This document shows, piece by piece, positions 20,042 to 29,131 of a stretch of DNA of 50,841 nucleotides; within the stretch, counting starts at the first letter, position 1, and the number at the start of each line of letters is the position of its first letter. Position numbers and translations under genes: made by a program. The stretch is from Clostridiales bacterium (GTDB lineage: Bacteria; Bacillota; Clostridia; Christensenellales; SZUA-584), in the NCBI GenBank assembly GCA_029265435.1, contig JAJUJH010000004.1, positions 1 through 50,841 of the forward strand, in the 5' to 3' direction. The notes below the pieces were generated by a model. It saw only the letters and a list, made by a program, of their open reading frames with translations, ran no database searches and had not been told where the DNA came from.

Positions 20042-20155
20042 ATGAACGTAAAGCTGTCGAACCGTTATTTTTCGTTTAGCAGCCGGAGCTATTATGGCTT
20101 CGGATACTTTACGTTAAATCAATACGGACTGAAACGGTCATGGGCGGCTCAATAA
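20042..20155 (+). CDS. Candidate aromatic-rich leader peptide (37 aa) of the aro operon
   Basis: GGAG lies 5 nt before ATG 20042. The product is MNVKLSNRYFSFSSRSYYGFGYFTLNQYGLKRSWAAQ, with 5 Tyr, 4 Phe and 1 Trp in 37 codons. It lies downstream of the promoter and 25 nt upstream of a terminator hairpin. Confidence 0.45.
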   Translation: MNVKLSNRYFSFSSRSYYGFGYFTLNQYGLKRSWAAQ

Positions 20156-20177
20156 AAAAGCCATATCAATTGTCAGC

Positions 20178-20207
20178 AAAGGGAGCTCATTACCGGGCTC
20201 CCTTTTT
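20178..20207 (+). terminator. Intrinsic terminator (attenuator) inside the aro leader
   Basis: AAAGGGAGCUC-AUUACC-GGGCUCCCUUUUU forms an 8-bp GC-rich stem plus a U5 run, 75 nt upstream of the aroF start. Confidence 0.7.
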
Positions 20208-20281
20208 GAATACGCACTCATGTGCGAAAAATACCGGGAGCAGGCAAACTCCCTTTGCAGGACGGAAGGACGGAAAAAAGC

Positions 20282-21298
20282 ATGATCATTATTTTGAAAC
20301 CCGGCGCGGAAAAACAAAAGGTTGACGACCTGATCCGCTTTCTTCAAAGCGAGTATTCGCTGGAGGTGCAGCGTATGGACGGCGTCAATTATTCGATACT
20401 CGGACTCATCGGCGACACATCCGCGCTGGACACCGAGCCGATACAGGAACGCAGCGTCGTGAAAAAGGTGATGCGCGTGCAGGAGCCTTACAAAAAGGTG
20501 AACCGCGCGTTTCATCCGGACGACACGGTCGTGCAGGGCAGCGGCTTCACGATCGGCGCGGAGCGGCTCGCCGTAATGGCTGGGCCGTGCAGCGTGGAAA
20601 GCGAGGAGCAGATCGTGTCCCTTGCGCGCAAAGTGAAAGCCGCGGGAGCGAATTTTCTTCGCGGCGGCGCGTTCAAGCCGCGCACCAGCCCCTACAACTT
20701 TCAGGGCCTCGGCGAAGAAGGCCTTAAATACCTTGAGACCGCCAAGGCCGAAACGGGGCTGCCCATCGTGACGGAAATCACGAACGTGGAGCACGTCGAG
20801 CTGTTCGTGCGGAAGGTGGACGTGATCCAGGTGGGCGCCCGCAACATGCAGAACTTTGCGCTGCTGCGCGAGCTCGGCAAAACCAAAACGCCGGTGCTTT
20901 TGAAACGCGGCCTTTCCGCCACGATAGAGGAATGGCTGATGAGCGCCGAATACATCGCGGCGGGCGGCAACCCCAACGTGGTGCTCTGCGAGCGGGGCAT
21001 CCGCACTTTCGAAACGGCGACGCGCAACACGCTGGACCTGTCCGCTGTGCCTGTCGTCAAACGCATGAGCCATCTGCCCGTTATCGTGGACCCGAGCCAT
21101 GCGACAGGGCTGTGGTGGGCGGTGGAGCCGCTGGCCGTGGCCGCCGTATGCGCGGGCGCCGACGGCGTGATGATCGAAGTGCACGAAAGCCCCGCGGAAG
21201 CGCTTTCGGACGGCAAGCAGTCTCTGCTTCCCGAAAAATTCTCTTCCGTGACGCAAAAGCTGAAAGCCGCCGCAGAGCTGATGGGCAGGACGCTATGA
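20282..21298 (+). CDS. aroF: 3-deoxy-7-phosphoheptulonate (DAHP) synthase, type I-beta with an N-terminal ferredoxin-like regulatory domain
   Basis: Trimmed to ATG 20282 (MIIILKPGAEKQKVDDLIRFL...). A small N-terminal domain of about 70 aa precedes a KDO8PS-like TIM barrel (GPCSVES, LRGGAFKPRTSPY, DPSH). Confidence 0.9.
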   Translation: MIIILKPGAEKQKVDDLIRFLQSEYSLEVQRMDGVNYSILGLIGDTSALDTEPIQERSVVKKVMRVQEPYKKVNRAFHPDDTVVQGSGFTIGAERLAVMAGPCSVESEEQIVSLARKVKAAGANFLRGGAFKPRTSPYNFQGLGEEGLKYLETAKAETGLPIVTEITNVEHVELFVRKVDVIQVGARNMQNFALLRELGKTKTPVLLKRGLSATIEEWLMSAEYIAAGGNPNVVLCERGIRTFETATRNTLDLSAVPVVKRMSHLPVIVDPSHATGLWWAVEPLAVAAVCAGADGVMIEVHESPAEALSDGKQSLLPEKFSSVTQKLKAAAELMGRTL

Positions 21299-22131
21299 TA
21301 AAAGACCGATTTACAAACAGCCGCATCCTCGTTGCGGGGCTGGGGCTTATCGGCGGTTCCGCCGCCAAAGCGCTGAAAAAAACCGGCTGCGCGCATATCG
21401 ACGCGCTCGACAGCGACGTTCGGTCCGTTGAAGCGGCTATGGCCGACGGCGTGATCGAGTTCGGGTATACCGGCACCGGCGGTCCGTACGATATCGTCAT
21501 CTGCGCGCTGCCCCCAAGAGCCGTGCCCGATATCTACGGGCAGGTGAAGGACCGGCTTGCGGACGGCGGCGTGTTCGCCGAGCTTTCGGGGCTCAAGACC
21601 GCGCTTGTGGACGCGCTTTACGATGTGATGCAGCCTCGTCATTCGCTTCTGTGCCTCCACCCGATGGCGGGCAGCGAAAAGTCGGGGTACGCGCATTCGA
21701 GCGCGGCGCTTTTCGAAGGCGCGCATCTGATCGTGACGCCGACGGAGAAAACGACGGACTTATCGCTGGAATGGTCGGAATTCCTGTTTAAGGCGTTCGG
21801 GTGCGCGCGGAAATCGTCGCTCTCCCCCGCGCTTCACGACGCGGTGATTGCCGACATGAGCCATCTGCCCCACGTGGCCGCGCTTGCCGTATATGCGGTG
21901 GGAAAAGGGCTTGAGCGGTTCGCGGGCGGCAGCTTTCAGGCAATCACGCGCGTGGCCGATTTGAACGCGCCGCTGTGGGCGGGGCTGTTGACGGACAACG
22001 CGGAATATCTGCAGCGCAGCCTTGCGCGCCTGCGGCGCAACCTCGACATGATCGACGAGGCGCTGACCGAGCGCGACAGGGACAAGCTTGAAATCCTGCT
22101 CTCAAATATGGCCAAAGGAGCCGATATATGA
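21295..22131 (+). CDS. tyrA: Prephenate dehydrogenase
   Basis: Trimmed to ATG 21295, which overlaps the aroF stop as ATGA. The NAD-binding motif ILVAGLGLIGGSAAKAL and HPMAG are present; 278 aa. Confidence 0.85.
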   Translation: MIKDRFTNSRILVAGLGLIGGSAAKALKKTGCAHIDALDSDVRSVEAAMADGVIEFGYTGTGGPYDIVICALPPRAVPDIYGQVKDRLADGGVFAELSGLKTALVDALYDVMQPRHSLLCLHPMAGSEKSGYAHSSAALFEGAHLIVTPTEKTTDLSLEWSEFLFKAFGCARKSSLSPALHDAVIADMSHLPHVAALAVYAVGKGLERFAGGSFQAITRVADLNAPLWAGLLTDNAEYLQRSLARLRRNLDMIDEALTERDRDKLEILLSNMAKGADI

Positions 22132-23195
22132 ACATGCTGACCATGCGCGCGGGAAGCGCCGAATATTCCGTATATGTCGAAAGGGGACTGCTCAAAAGCG
22201 TGCCCGGACGGCTTAAAGAAATGTTTCCCGAAAGCCGGCTCGCCGTCATCACGGACGACAATGTCGGCAGTCTGTACGGGCAGTCCTTCGCCGCCGCGTG
22301 CGAAACGGCGGGGCTTCGCTGCGACCTTTTCAGCGTTGCGCCCGGCGAAGGCTCGAAAAGCGCCGGCACGTTCGCGCGGCTTTTGAGCGAGCTTGCGCAG
22401 CACGGCTACAACCGCGCCGATGTGGTTGCCGCGCTGGGCGGCGGCGTTGTGGGAGACCTCGCCGGCTTCGTGGCCGCGGTGTATCTTCGCGGCGTGAAGG
22501 CCGTGCAGATTCCCACCACGCTGCTCGCGCAAATCGACAGCTCCGTGGGCGGCAAAACCGGCATCAACCTGCCCGAGGGCAAAAACCTCGCGGGCGCGTT
22601 CCATCAGCCGAGCGCCGTGTTCGTGGACCCGTCGCTTCTGGGAACGCTTTCCGAAGCGGATTTTGCGGACGGCATGGCGGAGCTCGTCAAATACGCGCTC
22701 ATCCGCGACGCGGAAATGTTTGAACAGCTTGAGCGGTTCGGCGCGGCTCCGGCCGGTTCGGATATGCTCGATTCGTGGATCGTCCGCTGTCTTTCCATCA
22801 AGCGCGATATCGTCGCGGCGGATGAAAAAGACACGGGCGAACGCATGCTGCTGAACTTCGGCCACACCATCGGGCACGGCATCGAGCGGCTTTGCGCCGC
22901 AAAGAATCTGCCGATGACGCACGGGCGCGCCGTCGCGATCGGCATGACGGCCATCACATCGGCCGCGGAACGCATGGGGCTCGCCAAAGCGGGCACCGCG
23001 GAGCGCATCGCCTGCGTGCTGCATAAAACGGGCCTGCCTTACGACATATCGGCATATGACAAGGACGAGATATGGAAGGGTATAGTCGTGGACAAGAAAA
23101 CCCTTGCCGACAAGCTGACGCTTGTAATCGTATCCGAGCCGGGCCGCGCCATGCTTCACCGCGTCGCCGCCGCCGACGCCAGAAATTTTCTATGA
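22128..23195 (+). CDS. aroB: 3-dehydroquinate synthase
   Basis: 355 aa with GGGVVGDLAGFVAA, the D..VGGKTGIN motif and FGHT.GH metal ligands. AAAGGAG SD is present, and the start overlaps the tyrA stop (ATGA). Confidence 0.92.
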   Translation: MNMLTMRAGSAEYSVYVERGLLKSVPGRLKEMFPESRLAVITDDNVGSLYGQSFAAACETAGLRCDLFSVAPGEGSKSAGTFARLLSELAQHGYNRADVVAALGGGVVGDLAGFVAAVYLRGVKAVQIPTTLLAQIDSSVGGKTGINLPEGKNLAGAFHQPSAVFVDPSLLGTLSEADFADGMAELVKYALIRDAEMFEQLERFGAAPAGSDMLDSWIVRCLSIKRDIVAADEKDTGERMLLNFGHTIGHGIERLCAAKNLPMTHGRAVAIGMTAITSAAERMGLAKAGTAERIACVLHKTGLPYDISAYDKDEIWKGIVVDKKTLADKLTLVIVSEPGRAMLHRVAAADARNFL

Positions 23196-23205
23196 GGAGT
23201 CAGCC

Positions 23206-24474
23206 ATGCAGATAACCGTTTCATCCTCCGCCTATGGCGGCGCCGTCACCGCACCGCCCTCCAAAAGCGCGGCGCACCGCGCCGTACTCGCGGCGGCAAT
23301 GGCAAAAGGCCGCAGCGTCATACACAACGTCGATTTGTCGAGCGATCTTAACGCCACGGTCGGCGCCTGCCGCAGTCTCGGATGCGCAATAACCGTCCGG
23401 CAGTGCGGACGCTACCATACGCTCGTCATAGACGGCGGCCTCTCCCTTTCCGGAGAAGCCCTGATTGACTGCGCCGAATCCGGCTCTACGCTGCGCTTCT
23501 TCATTCCCGTGGCGTGCACGCTCGGCGGCGTCAAGACGTTTACCGGCCAAGGCCGCCTGCCGTTCCGCCCTATCGACGCGTATCTGGCCGTTTTTGACCG
23601 GCAAGGCATTGCCTATACCCGTCCCGAGGGCGCAAACCTGCCGCTGACGGTATCCGGCGCGCTTGAAGGCGGCCGATATGAGATCGACGGGCGCGTGAGC
23701 TCGCAGTTCGTCACGGGGCTTTTGTATGCGCTGCCCGTGCTCGCCGCCGATTCCGCCATCTGCGTGACCGGCGGCTTTGAATCCCGCGGATACGTCGATA
23801 TGACGGTGGATACGCTCCGCCGGTTCGGTATCGACATCGGCGTTTCCGGCGATACGTTCTTAATAAAGGGCGGCCAGCGGTATGCCCCGCAGGAGCTCAC
23901 CGTCGAAGGCGATTATTCTCAGGCCGCTTTTTTTCTCGTGGCGGGCGCACTCTCGGGCGGCGCGCGCATCGAAGGGCTCCGCGGCGGCTCCTTGCAGCCC
24001 GACGGCGCGATCGTGCCGATCATGCGGCGCATGGGCGCGGATATCCGGCGTGAGGAAGACGGCGCGCTGACCGTCAGGCAGTCGGCGCTGTCGGCGGCCG
24101 ATATCGACGCGTCGCAATGTCCCGACCTTGTGCCCCCGCTTGCCGTCGCGGCGGCGTTCGCAAAAGGGCGCACGCGCATCACGGGCGCGGCGCGGCTGCG
24201 CATCAAGGAATGCGACCGTCTGCACGCGCTGGCGGTCAACCTGAACGCGCTCGGCATCGGCGTCTGCGAAACGGACGACGGGCTCATCATTGAAGGCGGC
24301 GCGATGAAGGGCGGCATCGTCGATACCTACGGCGACCACCGCATCGCGATGGCGTTTGCCGTCGCGGCGGCGCGCGCATCCGGAAAAATCGTGATTCCGA
24401 ATGCGGAATGCGTCGGGAAATCGTACCCGAAGTTCTACGACGACTTGAAAGCACTGGGAGGAAACATACAATGA
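23206..24474 (+). CDS. aroA: 3-phosphoshikimate 1-carboxyvinyltransferase (EPSP synthase)
   Basis: 422 aa. PPSKSAAHRAVLAAAMA, ESGSTLRFF and GDHRIAMAFAVAA are typical EPSPS motifs. Confidence 0.93.
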   Translation: MQITVSSSAYGGAVTAPPSKSAAHRAVLAAAMAKGRSVIHNVDLSSDLNATVGACRSLGCAITVRQCGRYHTLVIDGGLSLSGEALIDCAESGSTLRFFIPVACTLGGVKTFTGQGRLPFRPIDAYLAVFDRQGIAYTRPEGANLPLTVSGALEGGRYEIDGRVSSQFVTGLLYALPVLAADSAICVTGGFESRGYVDMTVDTLRRFGIDIGVSGDTFLIKGGQRYAPQELTVEGDYSQAAFFLVAGALSGGARIEGLRGGSLQPDGAIVPIMRRMGADIRREEDGALTVRQSALSAADIDASQCPDLVPPLAVAAAFAKGRTRITGAARLRIKECDRLHALAVNLNALGIGVCETDDGLIIEGGAMKGGIVDTYGDHRIAMAFAVAAARASGKIVIPNAECVGKSYPKFYDDLKALGGNIQ

Positions 24475-25550
24475 GCAGCATATGGGGGCGCTTTTTCACC
24501 GTGGATATATTCGGAGAATCGCACGGGCCGAAGATCGGCGTTGTGCTGAACGGCCTTGCGCCGGGCACCGTACTGGATTTTCCGAAGATACGCGCGTTTT
24601 TGGACAGGCGGCGCGCGGGCGGCGAAGCATGGTCTACCAAGCGCCAAGAAACGGACGATTTTGAGCTGGTCAGCGGCTATGCAAACGGCTTTTCCACGGG
24701 CACGCCGCTCTGCGTGCTTTTCCACAACGCCGCACAGAGAAGCGCGGACTACGACGAGCGCGTGAACCGTCCGGGCCATGCCGATTATACGGGCCATGTG
24801 CGCTACGGCGGTTTCAACGACCCGCGCGGCGGCGGCCATTTTTCGGGCAGGCTGACCGCCCCGCTCGTATTCGCGGGCGCCGTGGCGGCTCAGGTGCTTG
24901 CGGCAAAGGGCGTTTACACCGCCGTTCATATCCGCCGCATCGCGGATATCGAGGACGCGGCTTTCGACCCGACGGACATTTCCCGCGAGCAGGCACAGCG
25001 CCTTTCCGCCTCGCGCTTTCCTCTGCTCGACGAATCAAAGCGCGAGGCGATGGAGGAACGCGTCAGGCAGGCCGCGGCCGAGGGCGATTCCGTGGGCGGC
25101 GTCGTTGAATGTGCGGTATGCGGCCTTCCCGCCGGGCTCGGCAGCCCGATGATGGACTCGGTGGAGAGCCGTCTTTCGTCTCTGCTTTTCGCGATCCCCG
25201 CCGTCAAGGGCGTATCGTTCGGCGCGGGTTTCCGTTTTGCCCATATGAGGGGCAGCGAAGCCAACGACGCCTACGCGCTGAGAGACGGCGCCGTCGTCAC
25301 GACAACCAACCACAACGGCGGCGTGCTCGGCGGTATCACAAACGGCATGCCCGTCGTGTTTGAAGCCGTTGTGAAGCCTACGCCTTCCATATCAAAGCCG
25401 CAGCGCACGGTGAACCTGAGTACGATGGAAGAGGAGACCGTCTGCGTCAAAGGCCGGCACGACGCGTGCATCGTGCCGCGGGCGGCGGCGGTGATCGATG
25501 CGGCGGCCAATATCTGCATGCTCGATCTGATGACGGAAAGGGGGCTTTAA
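24471..25550 (+). CDS. aroC: Chorismate synthase
   Basis: Trimmed to ATG 24471, which overlaps the aroA stop as ATGA. FGESHGP, RPGHADY and GGG.FSGR motifs are present. Confidence 0.92.
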   Translation: MSSIWGRFFTVDIFGESHGPKIGVVLNGLAPGTVLDFPKIRAFLDRRRAGGEAWSTKRQETDDFELVSGYANGFSTGTPLCVLFHNAAQRSADYDERVNRPGHADYTGHVRYGGFNDPRGGGHFSGRLTAPLVFAGAVAAQVLAAKGVYTAVHIRRIADIEDAAFDPTDISREQAQRLSASRFPLLDESKREAMEERVRQAAAEGDSVGGVVECAVCGLPAGLGSPMMDSVESRLSSLLFAIPAVKGVSFGAGFRFAHMRGSEANDAYALRDGAVVTTTNHNGGVLGGITNGMPVVFEAVVKPTPSISKPQRTVNLSTMEEETVCVKGRHDACIVPRAAAVIDAAANICMLDLMTERGL

Positions 25551-26669
25551 ATGGGTTACGAGGAAGACATCAAACGCCTGAGAGACGAAATAGACGGCAT
25601 CGACGCGCAGCTCGTGCCGCTTTTCGAAGCGCGCATGGCGGCGGCGGAGGCTGTCGCCGAAGTCAAAAGCCGCTACGGCATGCCGGTTTTCGACGCGGAG
25701 CGCGAAAATGCCGTGATCGGCCGAGCGCTTGAGCGGCTCCGGGACGCCAAAAACGGCGAAGCCGCGCGTCGGTTTTTCCGCGCGCTCATGGACCTCAGCA
25801 AACAGCGCCAGCATATTCAAATCAGACAAACCGGCGCAGCGCCCGCCGGCGATGGCATGCCGGTGGGATACCTCGGCCTTAAAGGGTCGTTCTCGCACAT
25901 CGCGGCGGTTGAAACCTTCGGGGAAGGCGCGCCGCTCCAAAGCTATGACACATTTGAAGACATGTTCGAGGCGCTGCGCCGCGGCGAAATAGGCCGAGCG
26001 ATATTGCCCGCGGAAAATACCGAGACGGGCAGCATCACCGCCGTGATCGATCTGCTCGCGAAATACGGCTATTTCATCGTCGCGGAAAAGCTTTTAAAGG
26101 TGGAGCACAGCCTTCTCGGTCTGCCGGACGCGGAACTTTCGGACATCAGAACGGTCTGCTCTCACCCCGAGCCCATTATGCAGTGCAGCCGTTTTCTGCA
26201 CGCGCATCCGGCCATCGCCGCATTTCCCGCGCTCAGCACGGCGCAGGCGGCTATGAGCGTCGCGGAAAAGAAGGACAAAACGCTCGGCTGCATCGCGTCC
26301 GAGCGGTGCGCAAAAGAATACGGCCTCAAAGTCATTGAAGCAAATATACAAAACAGCCAGGGAAACGCCACGCGCTTTGTGGTGGCGGCGAAAAGCCCCG
26401 TTTTAAGCCCCGCGTGCGACAAGACAAGCATCGTTTTCAAGGTGGAGCACCGCCCCGGCTCTCTCTGCGAGATGCTCAAATTATTTTCCGGCATCAACAT
26501 ACTGAAGCTGGAGTCGCGCCCGCTTAAAGACAGGCCTTTCGAATATCTGTTCCACCTCGATTTCGAGGGCAGCGCGGAGGATGAAAACGTCTCGCGCGTG
26601 CTCAGGCAGGCCGAAAAATGCGCGGCCGATCTCATATGGCTCGGTTCTTACCCGCGCATGACGCTGTAA
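25551..26669 (+). CDS. pheA: Bifunctional chorismate mutase / prephenate dehydratase (P-protein) with C-terminal ACT domain
   Basis: N-terminal CM type 2 (LRDEIDGIDAQLVPLFEARM), a PDT core (GYLGLKGSFSH ... TRF) and an ACT-like ESRP motif (LESRPLKDRPFEY.F). Confidence 0.9.
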   Translation: MGYEEDIKRLRDEIDGIDAQLVPLFEARMAAAEAVAEVKSRYGMPVFDAERENAVIGRALERLRDAKNGEAARRFFRALMDLSKQRQHIQIRQTGAAPAGDGMPVGYLGLKGSFSHIAAVETFGEGAPLQSYDTFEDMFEALRRGEIGRAILPAENTETGSITAVIDLLAKYGYFIVAEKLLKVEHSLLGLPDAELSDIRTVCSHPEPIMQCSRFLHAHPAIAAFPALSTAQAAMSVAEKKDKTLGCIASERCAKEYGLKVIEANIQNSQGNATRFVVAAKSPVLSPACDKTSIVFKVEHRPGSLCEMLKLFSGINILKLESRPLKDRPFEYLFHLDFEGSAEDENVSRVLRQAEKCAADLIWLGSYPRMTL

Positions 26670-26679
26670 AGGAGGCGGC

Positions 26680-27981
26680 ATGATCAAAGCCGGATTGATT
26701 GGCGGGAAGCTGTCTCACAGCCTTTCTCCGCAGATACATGAAAAATACTGGCGCCTTTCTGGCATGCTCGGGCGTTATGCGCTGATAGAAACCGACGAGC
26801 GGCATTTGAAGGAGCGCCTTGACGAGATTCAGGCACTGGGGTTTGCGGGCGTCAACGTGACGATACCGCACAAAACGGCGGTGATGCGCTGTCTGGATGT
26901 GATATCGCCCGAGGCCGACGCGATCGGGGCGGTCAACACGATTCATTTCCGCTCCGGCAAGCGAATCGGCCACAACACCGATTACTTCGGCTTAAAGTCT
27001 TTGCTGGACAGAAACGGCTTTACGCTGACGGGCAGCCGCGTGGCGATACTCGGCTCAGGCGGTGCGGCGCGATGCGCGCTCGCCCTTTGCCGCGACGAGC
27101 AGGCCGCCGAGGTTTTGGTGGTGAGCCGCTCTCCCGAAAAAGCCGACGCAATGCTGAACGCCGTCGGCTATGAAGCGCTTGACGCTTCGGACCGAATCGA
27201 CCTGCTCATCAACGCCACGCCTTCCGGCATGTTCCCCCATACGGGCGAATGCCCCGTTTCCGACGCGGTGATCCAAAAGTGCGAGAACATTGCCGATATG
27301 ATATACAACCCCGCGCGCACGCTGCTGCTGCAAAAAGCCGCCAAGCTCGGCAAGGGTGCCGTCAACGGGCTCTGGATGCTTTGCGCGCAGGCAATCAAAG
27401 CGCAGGAGATATGGACGGGCAGGCCGTTCGAGGAACCCATTTGCCGCACGATCTACGAGGGGCTCAAGGAGCCCGTGCCGCGTTCCAACATCGTGCTGAT
27501 CGGCATGCCGGGCAGCGGCAAATCCACGGTCGGGCAGATACTGGCCGAACGGCTGTTTTACCGTTTTGCGGATACCGACGCGATGATCGAGGCGCAGCAC
27601 GGCTTGATACAGACGATATTCGATACGCAGGGCGAAGCGGTTTTCCGTGATATGGAGCTCAAAGCGGCGCGGCAGGCTGCCTGCAGGCAAAACTGCGTCG
27701 TCTCCACAGGCGGGGGCATCGTCCAGACCGGCGCCGCGATGGATGCGCTTAAGGAAACGGGGATTGTGGTATACATCGACAGACCGCTCGAAAAGCTGCT
27801 CAACGAAGTGGACATATCGGGCAGGCCGCTGCTTGCGGGCGGACGGCAGCAGCTCATCGCGCTGTTTCAAAAGCGGCGCGCGCTTTATCGGCAATATGCG
27901 GACGTCGTCATCGATAACAGCGGCTCCGCGCGGCAATGCGCCGAACAAATCATACAAAAGCTGGAGGATATCCGAAAATGA
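26680..27981 (+). CDS. aroE: Fused shikimate dehydrogenase (AroE, N-terminal ~265 aa) and shikimate kinase (AroK, C-terminal ~165 aa)
   Basis: The SDH part shows SLSPQIH, NVTIPHK, NTDY.G and GSGGAAR. After residue ~270 comes a P-loop kinase with NIVLIGMPGSGKSTVG and FADTD. It is a single uninterrupted 433-codon frame. Confidence 0.88.
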   Translation: MIKAGLIGGKLSHSLSPQIHEKYWRLSGMLGRYALIETDERHLKERLDEIQALGFAGVNVTIPHKTAVMRCLDVISPEADAIGAVNTIHFRSGKRIGHNTDYFGLKSLLDRNGFTLTGSRVAILGSGGAARCALALCRDEQAAEVLVVSRSPEKADAMLNAVGYEALDASDRIDLLINATPSGMFPHTGECPVSDAVIQKCENIADMIYNPARTLLLQKAAKLGKGAVNGLWMLCAQAIKAQEIWTGRPFEEPICRTIYEGLKEPVPRSNIVLIGMPGSGKSTVGQILAERLFYRFADTDAMIEAQHGLIQTIFDTQGEAVFRDMELKAARQAACRQNCVVSTGGGIVQTGAAMDALKETGIVVYIDRPLEKLLNEVDISGRPLLAGGRQQLIALFQKRRALYRQYADVVIDNSGSARQCAEQIIQKLEDIRK

Positions 27982-28409
27982 AAATACTCGTCATCAACGG
28001 GCCGAACCTGAACCTTTTGGGCACGCGCGAGCCGGACGTATACGGCAGACAGGATTACGCGGCGCTGATAAACAAGCTTGACGGCTTCGCAAAAGAAAAA
28101 GGCGTCGTGATCGACGCGTTCCAGTCAAACGGCGAGGGCGCGATTATCGACCGAATCCACGCGGCGGCGGGAGAATACGACGGCATTGTGATCAATCCGG
28201 GCGCGTATACGCATTACAGCATCGCGATACACGACGCGCTGAAGGCGGTGAATGTGCCCGCCATCGAGGTGCATATAAGCAACATCGCCGCACGCGAGGA
28301 TTTCCGCCATGCGTCGGTGACGGCGGCGGCATGTGCCGGCCAGATTTCCGGCCTCGGCTTTAATTCGTATCTTCTCGCGGTTCAGGCGCTGATCGACATG
28401 CAGAATTGA
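27978..28409 (+). CDS. aroQ: Type II 3-dehydroquinate dehydratase
   Basis: Trimmed to ATG 27978, which overlaps the previous stop as ATGA. MKILVINGPNLNLLGTREP..YG and INPGAYTHYS are type II DHQase signatures. Confidence 0.93.
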   Translation: MKILVINGPNLNLLGTREPDVYGRQDYAALINKLDGFAKEKGVVIDAFQSNGEGAIIDRIHAAAGEYDGIVINPGAYTHYSIAIHDALKAVNVPAIEVHISNIAAREDFRHASVTAAACAGQISGLGFNSYLLAVQALIDMQN

Positions 28410-28433
28410 GCGGCGCTTTTTCCCGATGCCGTA

Positions 28434-29117
28434 TCAGCTTTTTGCGATCCTTCTCATCAACGGGTCAAAGCAAATCACGCTTGAAGCCAGTGAAAGAAGC
28501 GAGAAAATGCCAAGCACGATGAGCGGCGCGGTATACGGAAGGAAACACAGGAAGCACAAAGCGACGCCGCCCACAAAAACGACGAGAAGCAGGTCCGTTT
28601 TTGGCTCCAGAAAAATGAGCGAAAAGGCATTGCGCAAAATATCGCCGGCGCTTAATTGGCACAGCGCGAGCATTGAAAACGAATAGCTTCCCAGCAAGAC
28701 GCCCAGTATATAGAGTACGACGGATGCGGCATAAAGAATAAACCGCTGCGGCTGCGCGCCGCTCCTTTGCCCCGCAAAAAAGCAAAACGCGGCAAAAGCA
28801 AAGAATACCGCGTTAAAAAGAAAAACGGTGACCGATTTCAGAAAATCGGATTTAAACTCGGCAATAAAATCCGTCCATACAAAGCATACGCCGTCGCGCA
28901 CCAATAACATGCTCACTCGGTTCATCGCGCTCACAGCCGCAGGGATGGTCACCACGGGCAGGCAAAAAAGCAAAAACAGCGCGTTGAGCCGTATCAGCTT
29001 TGACAAATGCGTTGTCAGAAGAAAGAAAAAACGGGCCGCTCCTTTTTCGGGAGGCGGCTTAACAACGCCCTGCTTCGGCGCGTGCTTCATTTTCAAAAAC
29101 CTTTCCAATAAATCCAT
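28434..29117 (-). CDS. YesL/DUF624-family integral membrane protein (second copy)
   Basis: Trimmed to ATG 29117 (MDLLERFLKM...), 15 nt after the msmX stop. LNALFLLFCLPVVTIPAAVSAMN is the DUF624 pattern. Confidence 0.72.
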   Translation of the reverse strand: MDLLERFLKMKHAPKQGVVKPPPEKGAARFFFLLTTHLSKLIRLNALFLLFCLPVVTIPAAVSAMNRVSMLLVRDGVCFVWTDFIAEFKSDFLKSVTVFLFNAVFFAFAAFCFFAGQRSGAQPQRFILYAASVVLYILGVLLGSYSFSMLALCQLSAGDILRNAFSLIFLEPKTDLLLVVFVGGVALCFLCFLPYTAPLIVLGIFSLLSLASSVICFDPLMRRIAKS

Positions 29118-29131
29118 TGCCGGCTCCGGAT

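Noticed and set aside
19910-20155. 81-aa version of the leader ORF listed in the track
   Set aside because: Its start lies upstream of the predicted promoter (19985-20014) and has no SD. Only the 37-codon portion from ATG 20042 lies downstream of the promoter and has a GGAG.
20021-20281. T-box riboswitch or other known riboswitch in the aro leader
   Set aside because: The length would fit a T-box. However, I find no T-box consensus (…GGGUGGUACCGCG…), no specifier-loop or AG-bulge features, and no other riboswitch core I recognise. The aromatic-rich ORF plus terminator is the better-supported reading, pending a covariance-model scan.
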